Below, piece after piece: positions 47,801-57,211 of a DNA stretch of 64,000 bases (its first letter is position 1; every line of letters begins with the position of its first letter). Source of the stretch: a virus. Both the position numbers and the translations under genes were made by a program. The notes beneath the pieces were generated by a model that was given only the letters and a program-made list of their open reading frames with translations, ran no database searches and was not told where the DNA came from. The stretch covers positions 1-64,000 of IMG/VR virus record IMGVR_UViG_3300043598_000012. One strand, written 5' to 3'.

Positions 47801-48082
47801 ATGTTCATGTCCGCCAAGGCCATCAAGCGGTTCGAGGATCTCTACGAGGTGTCCCCCAAGGACGTCAAGGGCCTCAAGTTCCTCTCCATCTCCCGCTCCA
47901 CCGGCACCCTCGTCGCCACGTACGACGGCACCAAGATCGACGTCGGCCAGACCGCTGACGACTTCCGTTGGGTGACCGTCGACGAGGACAAGGGCATCCT
48001 CACCACCCACGAGTCCCTCTCGGACGCTCGCTACGCAGCCAGCTTCCCCGAGCTCTGGGCCGACGAGTCCGTCGCTGCCTGA
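47801..48082 (+). CDS. hypothetical protein
   Basis: AAGGAG RBS; strong codon bias. Confidence 0.7.
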   Translation: MFMSAKAIKRFEDLYEVSPKDVKGLKFLSISRSTGTLVATYDGTKIDVGQTADDFRWVTVDEDKGILTTHESLSDARYAASFPELWADESVAA

Positions 48083-48105
48083 CCCCCTCAACGTACACTA
48101 GATCT

Positions 48106-48273
48106 GGTAGGGGCTCCGGCCCCTGTTCTAGGAGAGGGGGTGAGGCCGATGCGGGCAAGCGTCGCCAAAGCGACATCGGATGCGCACCGATTGCCCTAGC
48201 AATTCAACCACACAATGATGCGCAACGACACTTGTCTGGTTACGGTAGGTAGGCCTCTTTCCGGAGGCCTACC
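48106..48273 (+). ncRNA. candidate structured sRNA 2
   Basis: CG-TACACT48094-N6-G; 3-way junction; two TGCGCA loops; 3' hairpin GGTAGGCCTC/GAGGCCTACC. Confidence 0.6.
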
Positions 48274-48431
48274 GCCGCGTTTGGGCTTTGTTCGTGCTTC
48301 TTGGGGCGAGCTCGGCGTATACTCTTGGTGAAGCGGTTGGTGGTACTTCTGCTTCCGCTCCCCGCGAGCGTTGCTGGTCATCGAGTTGGAGCCCTTGCTA
48401 CGGCGAGGGCTTCGCTCGTGTTGCGTACAAG

Positions 48432-48890
48432 TCAAGCGGCTCTCAGGTATGCAGCAGCTCGCTCTAGCACGGCAGGGTCGTCGTTCGCAGCGGGCAGCAG
48501 GCTGCTGTTGCAGCGATGACAGAGGAGACCCCGCACTCTACCGGTCTTGTGGCAGTGATCGACATGCAAGGTACCCCATCTGCCCGAAGGCTTCTTCCGG
48601 CAGATGGCACAGCGTCCTCTTTGTTTCTTGAGCATGGCCTCGTACTCAATGAGAGTGATGCCGTACTTGCTCATCAGGAAGGTTTCTTTGTTGCGACGCT
48701 TCACAGCTGCAAGTCGCTTGGGGTCCTCCTTGATGGCATGCCAGCGAGCCTTTGCTGCTTCTGGAGAGTCAACCACGGAGCATCGGTAGCCGCCAGACCT
48801 ATGTCTGACCTTCACAGGCCCACACTGAGCACATCTTGCTGTCATCGCTTCTGGATCTATATCGCTCAGCCTGTGTAGGTGTTTGCCCAT
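48432..48890 (-). CDS. endonuclease VII-family HNH homing endonuclease
   Basis: KYGIT, Q.GRCAIC, HVDHCHKTGRVRGLLC..CN. Confidence 0.88.
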   Translation of the reverse strand: MGKHLHRLSDIDPEAMTARCAQCGPVKVRHRSGGYRCSVVDSPEAAKARWHAIKEDPKRLAAVKRRNKETFLMSKYGITLIEYEAMLKKQRGRCAICRKKPSGRWGTLHVDHCHKTGRVRGLLCHRCNSSLLPAANDDPAVLERAAAYLRAA

Positions 48891-48936
48891 AGAGGACGAT
48901 CATACCGCAAATGGCTTGTGCGTAAGATACTAGCCT

Positions 48937-49356
48937 ATGACCAAGCGAACCAAGCAGGACGAGTGGCCTCCTCTCTGGGCCATCTGGGGGCTCAGGAAGG
49001 GCTGGCACCCTCTGGAAGCTGGAGCATGGCATCCCCTGTTCCACTACAAGTCAGAGGCTGGAGCCAGGCGAGGAGAGCGGCTCGTGATCGAAGCTCAGGC
49101 TCATGAGAAGCACCTGCTGAGCCTCACACGAGGAGTCCGCGGTAGGCACGGTGCAGGCATCCAGGGCTACGTCCGCTTCAAGGCGGTGAGGCCAGGGTCC
49201 ACGCCAGTCAACCCGGCCAAGGTGCGCCCCACGAGGCGCCGTAAGAGCTGCCTCCGCTGCCACCACTCGATGCCGGTGAAGCGTTGGCGCATGCTCCGGC
49301 AGTGCTCCGAGTGTGGGTGGGTGCCCAAGCCCTACCGTCGAGCGCGAGCTGCATAG
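48937..49356 (+). CDS. basic zinc-ribbon protein
   Basis: CLRC...CSECGW. Confidence 0.5.
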   Translation: MTKRTKQDEWPPLWAIWGLRKGWHPLEAGAWHPLFHYKSEAGARRGERLVIEAQAHEKHLLSLTRGVRGRHGAGIQGYVRFKAVRPGSTPVNPAKVRPTRRRKSCLRCHHSMPVKRWRMLRQCSECGWVPKPYRRARAA

Positions 49357-49361
49357 TCCCA

Positions 49362-49422
49362 GGTAGCAATGTTCTTTCCACAAGCACGTGCGGAGCTTGA
49401 AGGGATGTGTAAAGATAGCGTC
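49362..49422 (+). promoter_or_regulatory. class I promoter, copy 4
   Basis: GGTAG49362, CACGTGCG49385, AAAGAT49411, ATG49423. Confidence 0.75.
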
Positions 49423-49665
49423 ATGGACACCAACGATCGTCGCCAAGGACCCCGTCGGGCATCCGAGCAGAGGGCACACCTCGCTCGGGAGCTCATCCTG
49501 GAGCAGGCACGAGCTCTCGTCAGCATAAACCGCCGACCGGCCACCACGTTGGTCGAGCAGAGCGAGCAGGCAGTCGACATGCGTCGCAAGGTGGCCGACC
49601 TGGGCACCCTGATCGACACGCTCGACGAGGCAGAAGAGCTTGTCAAGCAGGAGCGAGTCAAGTGA
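49423..49665 (+). CDS. hypothetical protein
   Basis: Leaderless start; GTGA coupling to the next gene. Confidence 0.55.
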   Translation: MDTNDRRQGPRRASEQRAHLARELILEQARALVSINRRPATTLVEQSEQAVDMRRKVADLGTLIDTLDEAEELVKQERVK

Positions 49666-51023
49666 GCGAGTTCGTCGGCAACGACCCCATGATGAAGCAC
49701 CTCGTGGAAGGCACCTTGCCTGCCGTCCTCTCCGAGGACGACCAGCTCATCGCAGGACGAGGCAAGACCTCCGGCGACAAGCTGGAAGCGATGCTCCGCA
49801 AGGTGAGGGCTCTCCTCACTCAAGCGGAGGACCCCGGAGCCACCCCGCAGGAGGCTCAGATCTTCCGCAACAAGGCGGAGGCTCTCATGCTCCGCTACCG
49901 GATCGACGAGGCCATGCTGGCCGACGCTCCGGACACCGGTCTCATGCCTCAGTGGAACACGATCATCGTGTGTGAGAAGAGCCAGTACCGCTCCTTCTAC
50001 GAGGGCATTGCCAAGAAGGTCGTCGAGCACGTTGGTGCTCGGGGCGAGATCAAGCGCACCTGGGATGACCGTGGACACTACATCGTCGAGCTGCACTACG
50101 TTGGGTTCCCCAGCGACATCCGGCTTGTCGACATGCTGTACACCACAGCACAGGTGGCCTTCAACACCAAGCTGGAGCCCAAGTACAACCCGGAGCTCTC
50201 CGACCAGGAGAACGCCTACAACATGCGCCATGCGGGCATGGAGGGTTGGCGCATCGCCATGGCCATCTGGGGGACACGAGGCAACAGTGTGTGCTGCGAC
50301 AAGCGGAGCCACTGGAGGCAGTGCGAGCCGTGCGGCCAGGGCCACCATGACCAGTGCGCCATCCCGGAGGTCAACGACGCCAACCTGTACAAGGCACGTC
50401 GGCTCTTCAAGAAGGAGGCCTTGGAGCGCGGGGAGGATCCGTCCTCATTGCTCGGCCAAGGCAACTCGATGCAGGTGTACCGGGACAGCTACGCCAATGG
50501 CTTCTACTGGGAGCTGTTGCGGCGCCTCCGGGAGATGCAGGACAGCCGTGGCTCCGAGTCCGTCGGCATTGAGCTCGGCGGACGTAGGGAGAAGATCGAC
50601 CAAGCCTTCTACCGTGAGTACCCGCAGTACGCTCCAGCCAAGGCAGCCATTGGTTACGTGGCTCCGGAGGGTGAAGCAGACATCGACGAGGAGGAGGCTG
50701 ACAAGGAGCTCCGTTGCCCGTGGGATGGCTGTGGCGAGGTCGTCGAGGCAGGAGACGACCCGTGTCCGCACTGCGGGCTCCCCATTGATTGGGCAGCCAA
50801 GCTGGACCGCAACCACGGTCGAGGCACCTATCAGGACCCCCGAGAGGGCTGTGAGAAGTGCCAGCGGGCCAAGAGCGGCTACTGCCGAGACCACTCGTAC
50901 CTCCGGCCCAGCACGGCTCAGTACCGAGAGCGTGCCCACAGCCCAGCGGGGGAGCGTGCCGGTCGTGCAGCGGCTCGCAGCGTGGACCTTGGGCGAGGAC
51001 CACGAGGCAGGTTGGGCTCGTAG
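49662..51023 (+). CDS. DUF2786-domain protein with inserted zinc fingers
   Basis: KVRALL..AE......EA.....KA..LM..Y.ID; C-terminal G..AGR.AA..VDLG. Confidence 0.8.
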   Translation: MSEFVGNDPMMKHLVEGTLPAVLSEDDQLIAGRGKTSGDKLEAMLRKVRALLTQAEDPGATPQEAQIFRNKAEALMLRYRIDEAMLADAPDTGLMPQWNTIIVCEKSQYRSFYEGIAKKVVEHVGARGEIKRTWDDRGHYIVELHYVGFPSDIRLVDMLYTTAQVAFNTKLEPKYNPELSDQENAYNMRHAGMEGWRIAMAIWGTRGNSVCCDKRSHWRQCEPCGQGHHDQCAIPEVNDANLYKARRLFKKEALERGEDPSSLLGQGNSMQVYRDSYANGFYWELLRRLREMQDSRGSESVGIELGGRREKIDQAFYREYPQYAPAKAAIGYVAPEGEADIDEEEADKELRCPWDGCGEVVEAGDDPCPHCGLPIDWAAKLDRNHGRGTYQDPREGCEKCQRAKSGYCRDHSYLRPSTAQYRERAHSPAGERAGRAAARSVDLGRGPRGRLGS

Positions 51024-51028
51024 TCCCA

Positions 51029-51089
51029 GGTAGAGAGGTTATTTCCAGAATCACGTGCGAAGTTGGAAAGCCTGAGGTAAGATGCTCTC
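51029..51089 (+). promoter_or_regulatory. class I promoter, copy 5
   Basis: GGTAG51029, CACGTGCG51052, TAAGAT51078, ATG51090. Confidence 0.85.
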
Positions 51090-51344
51090 ATGACCACCAC
51101 CGCCTTCCCAACCACGGTCCTCCGCTCCGAGTGGGGCACCTCGTACCACACGAGCTCTGCCTTCGAGGGCTGCAACCTCAGCGTCAAGCGGCTCGTCGAT
51201 GAGCCCAACGAGCACGGAGGCGTTGGCAACACCCATCGCCATCCCATCTACGACGGCATCCACTTCCCCACGAGCGATGCGGCTCGCTTCTTCGCTCTCC
51301 TCGTCGGCCTCGTCCGGCCCTACACCTACTGGGGTGCCAAGTGA
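51090..51344 (+). CDS. hypothetical protein
   Basis: Leaderless start. Confidence 0.6.
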   Translation: MTTTAFPTTVLRSEWGTSYHTSSAFEGCNLSVKRLVDEPNEHGGVGNTHRHPIYDGIHFPTSDAARFFALLVGLVRPYTYWGAK

Positions 51345-51628
51345 CCAGCACGACCACCTACGACGCAGACCTCGCTGCTGCGGGCATCAAGCTCCTCTCC
51401 AAGAAGGATCGGGAGCACCTCCACCCCCGAGCCCAGGTCCAGAAGCTCCGCAGGATCGCTGTCCGGGCCACCAACAAGGCCGACTGGAACGGGGAGCTCG
51501 CCGCACAGTACCCCGGTGACGAGATGTACGCCACCGATCCGGAGGAGCAGACCAAGCTGCGGCTCAAGGCACGCCAGGCCACGGAGGCCATGTGCCTCCT
51601 CAACGCCGAGCACGGGCTGGGCTACTGA
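51341..51628 (+). CDS. hypothetical protein
   Basis: GTGA coupling. Confidence 0.55.
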   Translation: MTSTTTYDADLAAAGIKLLSKKDREHLHPRAQVQKLRRIAVRATNKADWNGELAAQYPGDEMYATDPEEQTKLRLKARQATEAMCLLNAEHGLGY

Positions 51629-51794
51629 TGGCCAGCAAGGACAAGCGAGGCACTCAGGGTGGACCTTGGGCTGTGCTCGGATACGACGGACAGGTCCTTG
51701 AAGGCCGCTGGCCTACCGAGCTGATGGCCGTGGAAGAGGGCTTGTGTGGGCGCTACCTGCTCACCGGCCTGGAGGTCAAGGAGGTGGGCGGGGC

Positions 51795-52823
51795 ATGAGC
51801 AAGCTCGTCTACAAGAGCTGGAAGCCCCAAGCGGAGGCCATCCGCACGGTGGAACTCGCCAACCGCATCTGCGCCGAGTACGCGGCCGACGGGTACGACC
51901 TCACGTTGCGTCAGCTCTACTACCAGTTCGTGGCGAGGGGCTACATCCCCAACAACCAGAAGTCCTACGACCGCTTGGGGAGCACCATCAACCGTGCTCG
52001 GCGAGCAGGGATGATGGACTGGAACTACATCGTCGACCGCACGAGGAGCCTCTCCGGCGCCGAGCACTTCGCCAAGCCTGGGGACAGCATCCTCAAGTCG
52101 GCTCGCAAGTACAGCGAGGACCTCTGGGCCAAACAGCCCCTCCGCATTGAGGTGTGGGTGGAGAAGGAGGCACTGGCTGGAGTCATTGAGCGAGTGTCCG
52201 GCACCAACGATGTGGACAGTTTCGCATGCAGAGGCTACGTCTCCCAGAGCGAGCTCTGGAGTGCTGGACAGCGGATCCTCAACTACATCCAGCACGGCCA
52301 GAGGGTTCTCATCCTGCACTTGGGAGACCACGACCCCTCCGGCATCGACATGACTCGGGACATGAGGGAGCGCCTTGAGCTCTTCACCGAGAGGGACTGG
52401 CACCGAGCCAACCTCGACGAGCTCGGAGCGTCCACCACGCTTGGCTCCATCCGAGACCACATGCGGGCAGCAGTCGGCTACGAGCAGCCTCTCGAGATCC
52501 GGCGGATCGCACTCAACATGGATCAGGTCGAGCAGTACGCTCCTCCGCCCAACCCGGCCAAGTTGACCGACAGCCGAGCGGAGGGCTACGTGGAGCTCTA
52601 CGGCGACGAGAGCTGGGAGCTAGACGCTCTGGAGCCGCAGGTGATCAGCGACCTCGTGCAGCGGCACATCGTGGCCGAGAGGGACGACATTGCCTGGGAC
52701 CGCGCCGTCAAGCACGAGGAGGAGAACCGTCGCAACATGGTGGCGGCTGCTGAGCGGTGGGACGACCTCGTGAACCTGCTCCCCACGCTTCCGCCGAAGG
52801 AGTCTTCCCAGGTAGAAGGGTAA
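51795..52823 (+). CDS. Topo VI-A/Spo11-like wHTH + TOPRIM protein
   Basis: TLRQLYY, EVWVEK.AL, RGY.S, LGDHDPSG, RIAL, WELDAL.P. Confidence 0.8.
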   Translation: MSKLVYKSWKPQAEAIRTVELANRICAEYAADGYDLTLRQLYYQFVARGYIPNNQKSYDRLGSTINRARRAGMMDWNYIVDRTRSLSGAEHFAKPGDSILKSARKYSEDLWAKQPLRIEVWVEKEALAGVIERVSGTNDVDSFACRGYVSQSELWSAGQRILNYIQHGQRVLILHLGDHDPSGIDMTRDMRERLELFTERDWHRANLDELGASTTLGSIRDHMRAAVGYEQPLEIRRIALNMDQVEQYAPPPNPAKLTDSRAEGYVELYGDESWELDALEPQVISDLVQRHIVAERDDIAWDRAVKHEEENRRNMVAAAERWDDLVNLLPTLPPKESSQVEG

Positions 52824-52871
52824 TTTCCAAGAACACGTGCGAATCTTCGCAGGGTGAGGCATAGTGTTGGT
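52811..52871 (+). promoter_or_regulatory. class I promoter, copy 6
   Basis: GGTAG52811, CACGTGCG52834, CATAGT52860, ATG52872. Confidence 0.85.
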
Positions 52872-53102
52872 ATGACCGCAACCACCTTCACCAACTCAGC
52901 CTTCGTTCGCAGCCACGTCAAGCAGCCACGTGGGTTCGGGCACTGGGGCTTCCAGGCCACCACCAAGGACACCGCTTTCTCTGAGGAGCTCTTCGGGCCG
53001 GTCGTTTGGGCCACTGGCACTCTCACAGAGGCCAAGACCTCTGCTGTCCAGCAACTCCGCAACCAAGGTGTCGACACCTCGCTCGTGGCGGTCCTGCCGT
53101 GA
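52872..53102 (+). CDS. hypothetical protein
   Basis: SH.KQPRG.G.W.F...GTLTEAK; leaderless start. Confidence 0.65.
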   Translation: MTATTFTNSAFVRSHVKQPRGFGHWGFQATTKDTAFSEELFGPVVWATGTLTEAKTSAVQQLRNQGVDTSLVAVLP

Positions 53103-53840
53103 GCCACCTTTCCGACCTCAGCTGGGAGGACTCCGCCAGCCTCGTCTCCTACGACGACAACCACGCCGACCTCCGAGCCGACTCACACCGCATCACGATG
53201 CAGCCAGGACCCACCTCCATCAAGCAGGACGTCGTCATCGACCTGCGGGACAGCAGCAAGGTGGACGCCTGATGGCTCGCCACAAGCACACGTGGGAGGC
53301 CACCTTGTCGAAGCCAAGGCCTGCCGATGGATGGGTGCCCTACGAGCACGTGGTCGTCACCACGGCCTGCACCTCATGCCCAGCGAACTCCAGCTCTACG
53401 AGGGCGACGTGAAGGTCGCTCCGCTGGCTCACCAGCAATCGTGGCCGCTCCGAGCCCTGTTGTGGGCTCTGTGGCTCGCTCGCGTGGCCTTCGGGGTCAC
53501 CCTGCACATGCTCCGCTCGTTGGCCACCTACGAGGCACCTCCGACTCCGAGGCAGGCTTCAGATCGCCGAGCAGCACGCCTAGTGACCCAAGAGCGAGTC
53601 GAGAGGCACAGCGCCACAGTGCGAGCCGAGCAGGACACCCTGCACCCAGGAGAGGAGCCCTTCTGATGAGAAGCAACTTCGATCCAGCTGAGGATACCGC
53701 TCCCGATGCGGGTGAGTATTGGGAGAACTATGTCGACGTCTCAGCCGAGCTCGCTGCTGCCCGAGCAGCGGTAGAGGCAGACAAGGCCAAGGAGGCAGCG
53801 CGGGTGGCTGCCTGGGAGGCAGATCGCACACGTCTTCCCT

Positions 53841-53901
53841 GGTAGGAGCGTTCTTTCCAGAAAGGCGTGCGAAGTGGAGAGCGGTGAGGCATAGTGTCCC
53901 T
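53841..53901 (+). promoter_or_regulatory. class I promoter, copy 7
   Basis: GGTAG53841, GGCGTGCG53864, CATAGT53890, ATG53902. Confidence 0.85.
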
Positions 53902-54228
53902 ATGACCACAACCACTGACACCACCACCGCATTCTACGCTTGGGGCTCCGAGCAGGAGAGCATCGACAACAAGCAGATGGCCCGCATCGTCTCCGGAGTC
54001 GACGAGGTCGTCCGCTCCGCCAAGCAGGCCATCAAGGAGCTGGAGGAGCTCGTCGCCAAGGTCACGGCCGTGGATCCGGAGGAGATGGTTCTCTCGGGCG
54101 ATCGTGCCCTGTCCGCTGTCCAGCACTTCGCACGGCATGCTGGCTACAGCAACTCACCGGCCACCTACGTCGCCGAGACCTACGCAGCCGCTGGCAAGGT
54201 GGCTGGGCAGCTGGAGATGGTCTTCTAG
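53902..54228 (+). CDS. hypothetical protein
   Basis: Leaderless start. Confidence 0.65.
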   Translation: MTTTTDTTTAFYAWGSEQESIDNKQMARIVSGVDEVVRSAKQAIKELEELVAKVTAVDPEEMVLSGDRALSAVQHFARHAGYSNSPATYVAETYAAAGKVAGQLEMVF

Positions 54229-54268
54229 CCTCCGCAGACCAACAGCAGAACTCAGGCACAACGGAGTC

Positions 54269-54295
54269 AGGCCACTCGCAAGAGTGGCCTTCTTC
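54269..54295 (+). terminator. GCAA-capped hairpin terminator
   Basis: AGGCCACTC-GCAA-GAGTGGCCT-TCTTC. Confidence 0.8.
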
Positions 54296-54431
54296 GTGTG
54301 CATAGGACCTTCTTAGCATCCGCAGAGGCCGCTTGCTACAGATCGAGGCACCTACACCTCCAGCAGGACGCTCGGGAGCCCTTAGCGGACGTTTCACCGA
54401 GCCACTCGGCACTTGAGGTAACATGGCTGGC

Positions 54432-55124
54432 ATGGGAACAACCACACGCCGAGCTCGACCTCCTGTCCCGCCGACGCGCCCTGGCAAGGGTGGCCACGGG
54501 CGCCTCAAGCAGGGAGGATCCAAGTCCGCCTCTCCGTTCAACCGTGCCGAGCGTAGGGAGAAGGGCTTCAAGCTCATCGCCAAGGGCTACACCAACGTCG
54601 AGATCGCTGCTGAGCTCAAGGTGCATCCAGACACGGTGACGAGGCTCCGCAAGGCCTACGCCGACCAGGTGCAAGCGGAGGCAGCCGCCAACCCGCACTT
54701 GCTCAACGAGGTCATTGCCAACACCATCCGGACGCTCAATGAGCTCGATCTCATCCGCAAGGAAGCATGGGCAGCACACGACACCATGCATGCAGAAGGT
54801 CGGGAGTGCTCCGAGTGCGGACATGAGGATGTCGTCTACCGAGGTCCCAAGGGCGAGACCAAGGCACAGATGCTCCGCATCCTGCTTCAAGCCAATGACC
54901 AGAAGGCGAAGCTGTTCCAGCTGTTCGGTGTCAAGGCCGAGTTCATGGCGCACGTCAACCAGGTGGCCCAGCTCCAGACACGGCTCATGGCCTTCATGCG
55001 GGACAACCTCTGCGAGGCAGACCGCAACAGGCTGGAGGACTTCCTGGGCACCCTCACCGGTGCCGTGGCCTCCAACGAGGCTCTCGCTGAGCTGGACGTG
55101 GTGGAGGCAGAGCTCGTAGGCTGA
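54432..55124 (+). CDS. HTH protein, probable terminase small subunit
   Basis: ERR...L...GYT..EIA..L.V...TV; L.ELD.....AW; KAKL..L. Confidence 0.55.
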   Translation: MGTTTRRARPPVPPTRPGKGGHGRLKQGGSKSASPFNRAERREKGFKLIAKGYTNVEIAAELKVHPDTVTRLRKAYADQVQAEAAANPHLLNEVIANTIRTLNELDLIRKEAWAAHDTMHAEGRECSECGHEDVVYRGPKGETKAQMLRILLQANDQKAKLFQLFGVKAEFMAHVNQVAQLQTRLMAFMRDNLCEADRNRLEDFLGTLTGAVASNEALAELDVVEAELVG

Positions 55125-55134
55125 CTAGTTACCA

Positions 55135-55195
55135 GGTAGAAGCGTTCTTTCACAGAACGCGTGCGTTCTTGTCACTGATCAGGCATAGTGTTGGT
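55135..55195 (+). promoter_or_regulatory. class I promoter, copy 8
   Basis: GGTAG55135, CGCGTGCG55158, CATAGT55184, ATG55196. Confidence 0.85.
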
Positions 55196-55402
55196 ATGAC
55201 CGCTTCCGAAACCACCGCAGTGCTCCACGAGCTCATCAACACAGGGTCGGCTCGCCGCCAGGGTGGAGTCAAGATCTCCACCATCGCCTCTCGGCTCGGC
55301 TGCTCCGTCAGCGAGGTCGAGTTCGACGCTGCTGTCCACCAGATCAACCACGCCACCTGCGTGGTGTCCTTCCGACCCAACTCGGCGGAGGCCTGCAAGT
55401 GA
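55196..55402 (+). CDS. small HTH-like protein
   Basis: ISTIASRLGCSVSEV; leaderless start. Confidence 0.5.
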   Translation: MTASETTAVLHELINTGSARRQGGVKISTIASRLGCSVSEVEFDAAVHQINHATCVVSFRPNSAEACK

Positions 55403-55845
55403 GCATCACCTTCACCTTCGGCACCGTCGCTGACAACGGCGCCACCAGCATCGGTCTCCTCCACGAGCACCTGTGCCCGACGCCCGACGCCTGCGAGGAC
55501 GCCCAGATGTACTCGCCTGCCTGCTGCGACCATGCCGAGGCACTCGTGGCTATGTGTGGCTGCCAGCACTTCGACGTCAACGCCTCCTCGGCCAACGCAT
55601 CTGTCATCCTCTCCCGGATGGGCATCGCAGGCCAGATGGTGGGCACCATGGACGCTGAGGACTACCTGGGCAGAGTGCTGCTGGCCCAGCTGGAGGATCC
55701 AGCGCCAGTCATGGTTGGTGGAGCTGTCGAGGCAGCCTTCGGGGTGGGCGCAGTCGAGGCCAACGCTGAGGCACACCACTGGCACCGGCTGGAGCGTCTG
55801 GCCCACGAGGCTCGGCTCTCGGGCTGGCTTGTGGCCTGGGCCTAG
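55399..55845 (+). CDS. Cys-rich hypothetical protein
   Basis: VN.S.ANA...L..MG; L..LA......V.WA. Confidence 0.6.
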   Translation: MSITFTFGTVADNGATSIGLLHEHLCPTPDACEDAQMYSPACCDHAEALVAMCGCQHFDVNASSANASVILSRMGIAGQMVGTMDAEDYLGRVLLAQLEDPAPVMVGGAVEAAFGVGAVEANAEAHHWHRLERLAHEARLSGWLVAWA

Positions 55846-55899
55846 GGGCTCGCCAGGAAACCGCGTGTCGAGGAGCTCGACATGGGGTAGAGTGGGGCC

Positions 55900-56046
55900 A
55901 TGGACATGGCACTCGCACTTCGTCGGCAGCTGGCCACCACGGCACAGCGACGGCTCGCCGAGCTCCGCATCGCTGCTCCCCACCGGGAGATCGGCTCCGC
56001 CATCGTCGACGAGCTCGACGAGGACGAGGTGCTGCGAGCCTCCTAG
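55900..56046 (+). CDS. small hypothetical protein (48 aa)
   Basis: Hand-translated; CGCGTG55862 and TAGAGT55888-N6-ATG. Confidence 0.5.
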   Translation: MDMALALRRQLATTAQRRLAELRIAAPHREIGSAIVDELDEDEVLRAS

Positions 56047-56415
56047 AGCTCCCAGCCAGGAGGTGGGCTGTCCGTCTCCTCGATGGTGAGGCCAGGCAGA
56101 TCGAGCCGGATGGCGTAGCCCCAGTCCATGTGCGCCCAGAGGAAGCCGTGCTGGTCTCTGGAGACGTGCTCTAGGACGCCAGCAGCGCCTCCTGCTTGGC
56201 CTGCCTTGCCTCGCCACTGGATGTGCACGTAGCGGCCCACCAGGCTACGAGCTCCGCCTCGACATGGATCGGGACAGCGAGACCTACATGCAGGACGTGC
56301 CGGTCTACTTCGACGAGGCTCGCCTCTACGCCACCATCGACCACCTCTCCGACGTGCGCTACGGGCTCGTCTGAGGCATAGTTCCTACGTACCACCAACC
56401 ACAAGGAGACACACC

Positions 56416-56799
56416 ATGCGTACCCTGAAGACCCTCGCTCTGGCCGGAGGCCTCGTGCTCGGAGCAGCTGCCTGCTCTCCGCTCTCGATCCACGGCACCT
56501 GGGTCAAGACACCTCCGGCGCAGACCTCCCAGGTCGAGGACGACCCCAACTGGGACTGCCTCAACTCGGGCAACGGGCTGTGCGGACCTCTCAAGGCACA
56601 GGTCAACTGCTCGACGGGCTGGGTCAAGGTCTACGACCGCTTCGGCACTCAGGTCATGAACCTCGCTCCGGCTCAGGTCGAGGTCCTGCCCACGGGCTAC
56701 ATGGTCCTGGAGGACACGGACGGAGACGCCCCCTACGGAGGCACGCAGCTCGACGGGTTCCTGGGCACGGTGTTCCCAGGCAACTACAACGCCTGCTAG
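56416..56799 (+). CDS. putative lipoprotein
   Basis: AAGGAG RBS; signal peptide ending GAAAC; EDDP.WDC...GN..CGP. Confidence 0.7.
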   Translation: MRTLKTLALAGGLVLGAAACSPLSIHGTWVKTPPAQTSQVEDDPNWDCLNSGNGLCGPLKAQVNCSTGWVKVYDRFGTQVMNLAPAQVEVLPTGYMVLEDTDGDAPYGGTQLDGFLGTVFPGNYNAC

Positions 56800-56875
56800 A
56801 CCTCCTCTACTCCGCTCTACGGCTGCGTGGCGCCCCTTGTGGGCGCCACTGCCGCGCTTGAGGTAGGATGTCAGC

Positions 56876-57211
56876 ATGGACGCTCTAGATCTCGCTTGGT
56901 TGGCTGGGCTGTTGGAGGGTGAGGGCTCCTTCGGACTCAAGAAGTACAAGAGGAAGCGTGGAGGAGAGCGTGGCTATCCCATTGTCAAGGTCAAGATGAC
57001 GGACAGGGATGTCGTCGAGCGTGCGGCTGTTCTCTTCGGAGACAGTGCGGTGCTCGTGTGTCCTCCTCCAGCCAACTATCCACACCACAAGGTCCAGTAC
57101 AGGACAGAGGTGACTGGCTCTCGGGCTCGCCAGATGATGTGCGAGCTTCGACCTATGCTTGGGCTACGACGCCAAGCGCAAGTGGATACAGCTCTCAGCT
57201 GGCAGCACTAG
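56876..57211 (+). CDS. single-motif LAGLIDADG endonuclease
   Basis: LAWLAGLLEGEGSF, V.MTD.DV; leaderless TAGGAT-N6-ATG. Confidence 0.85.
   Translation: MDALDLAWLAGLLEGEGSFGLKKYKRKRGGERGYPIVKVKMTDRDVVERAAVLFGDSAVLVCPPPANYPHHKVQYRTEVTGSRARQMMCELRPMLGLRRQAQVDTALSWQH

Noticed and set aside
48150-48260. c-di-GMP-I riboswitch (GGGCAA...CAAAGC...GGTAGGTAG resemblance)
   Set aside because: No GAAA tetraloop/receptor, element order does not fit, and no downstream same-strand gene
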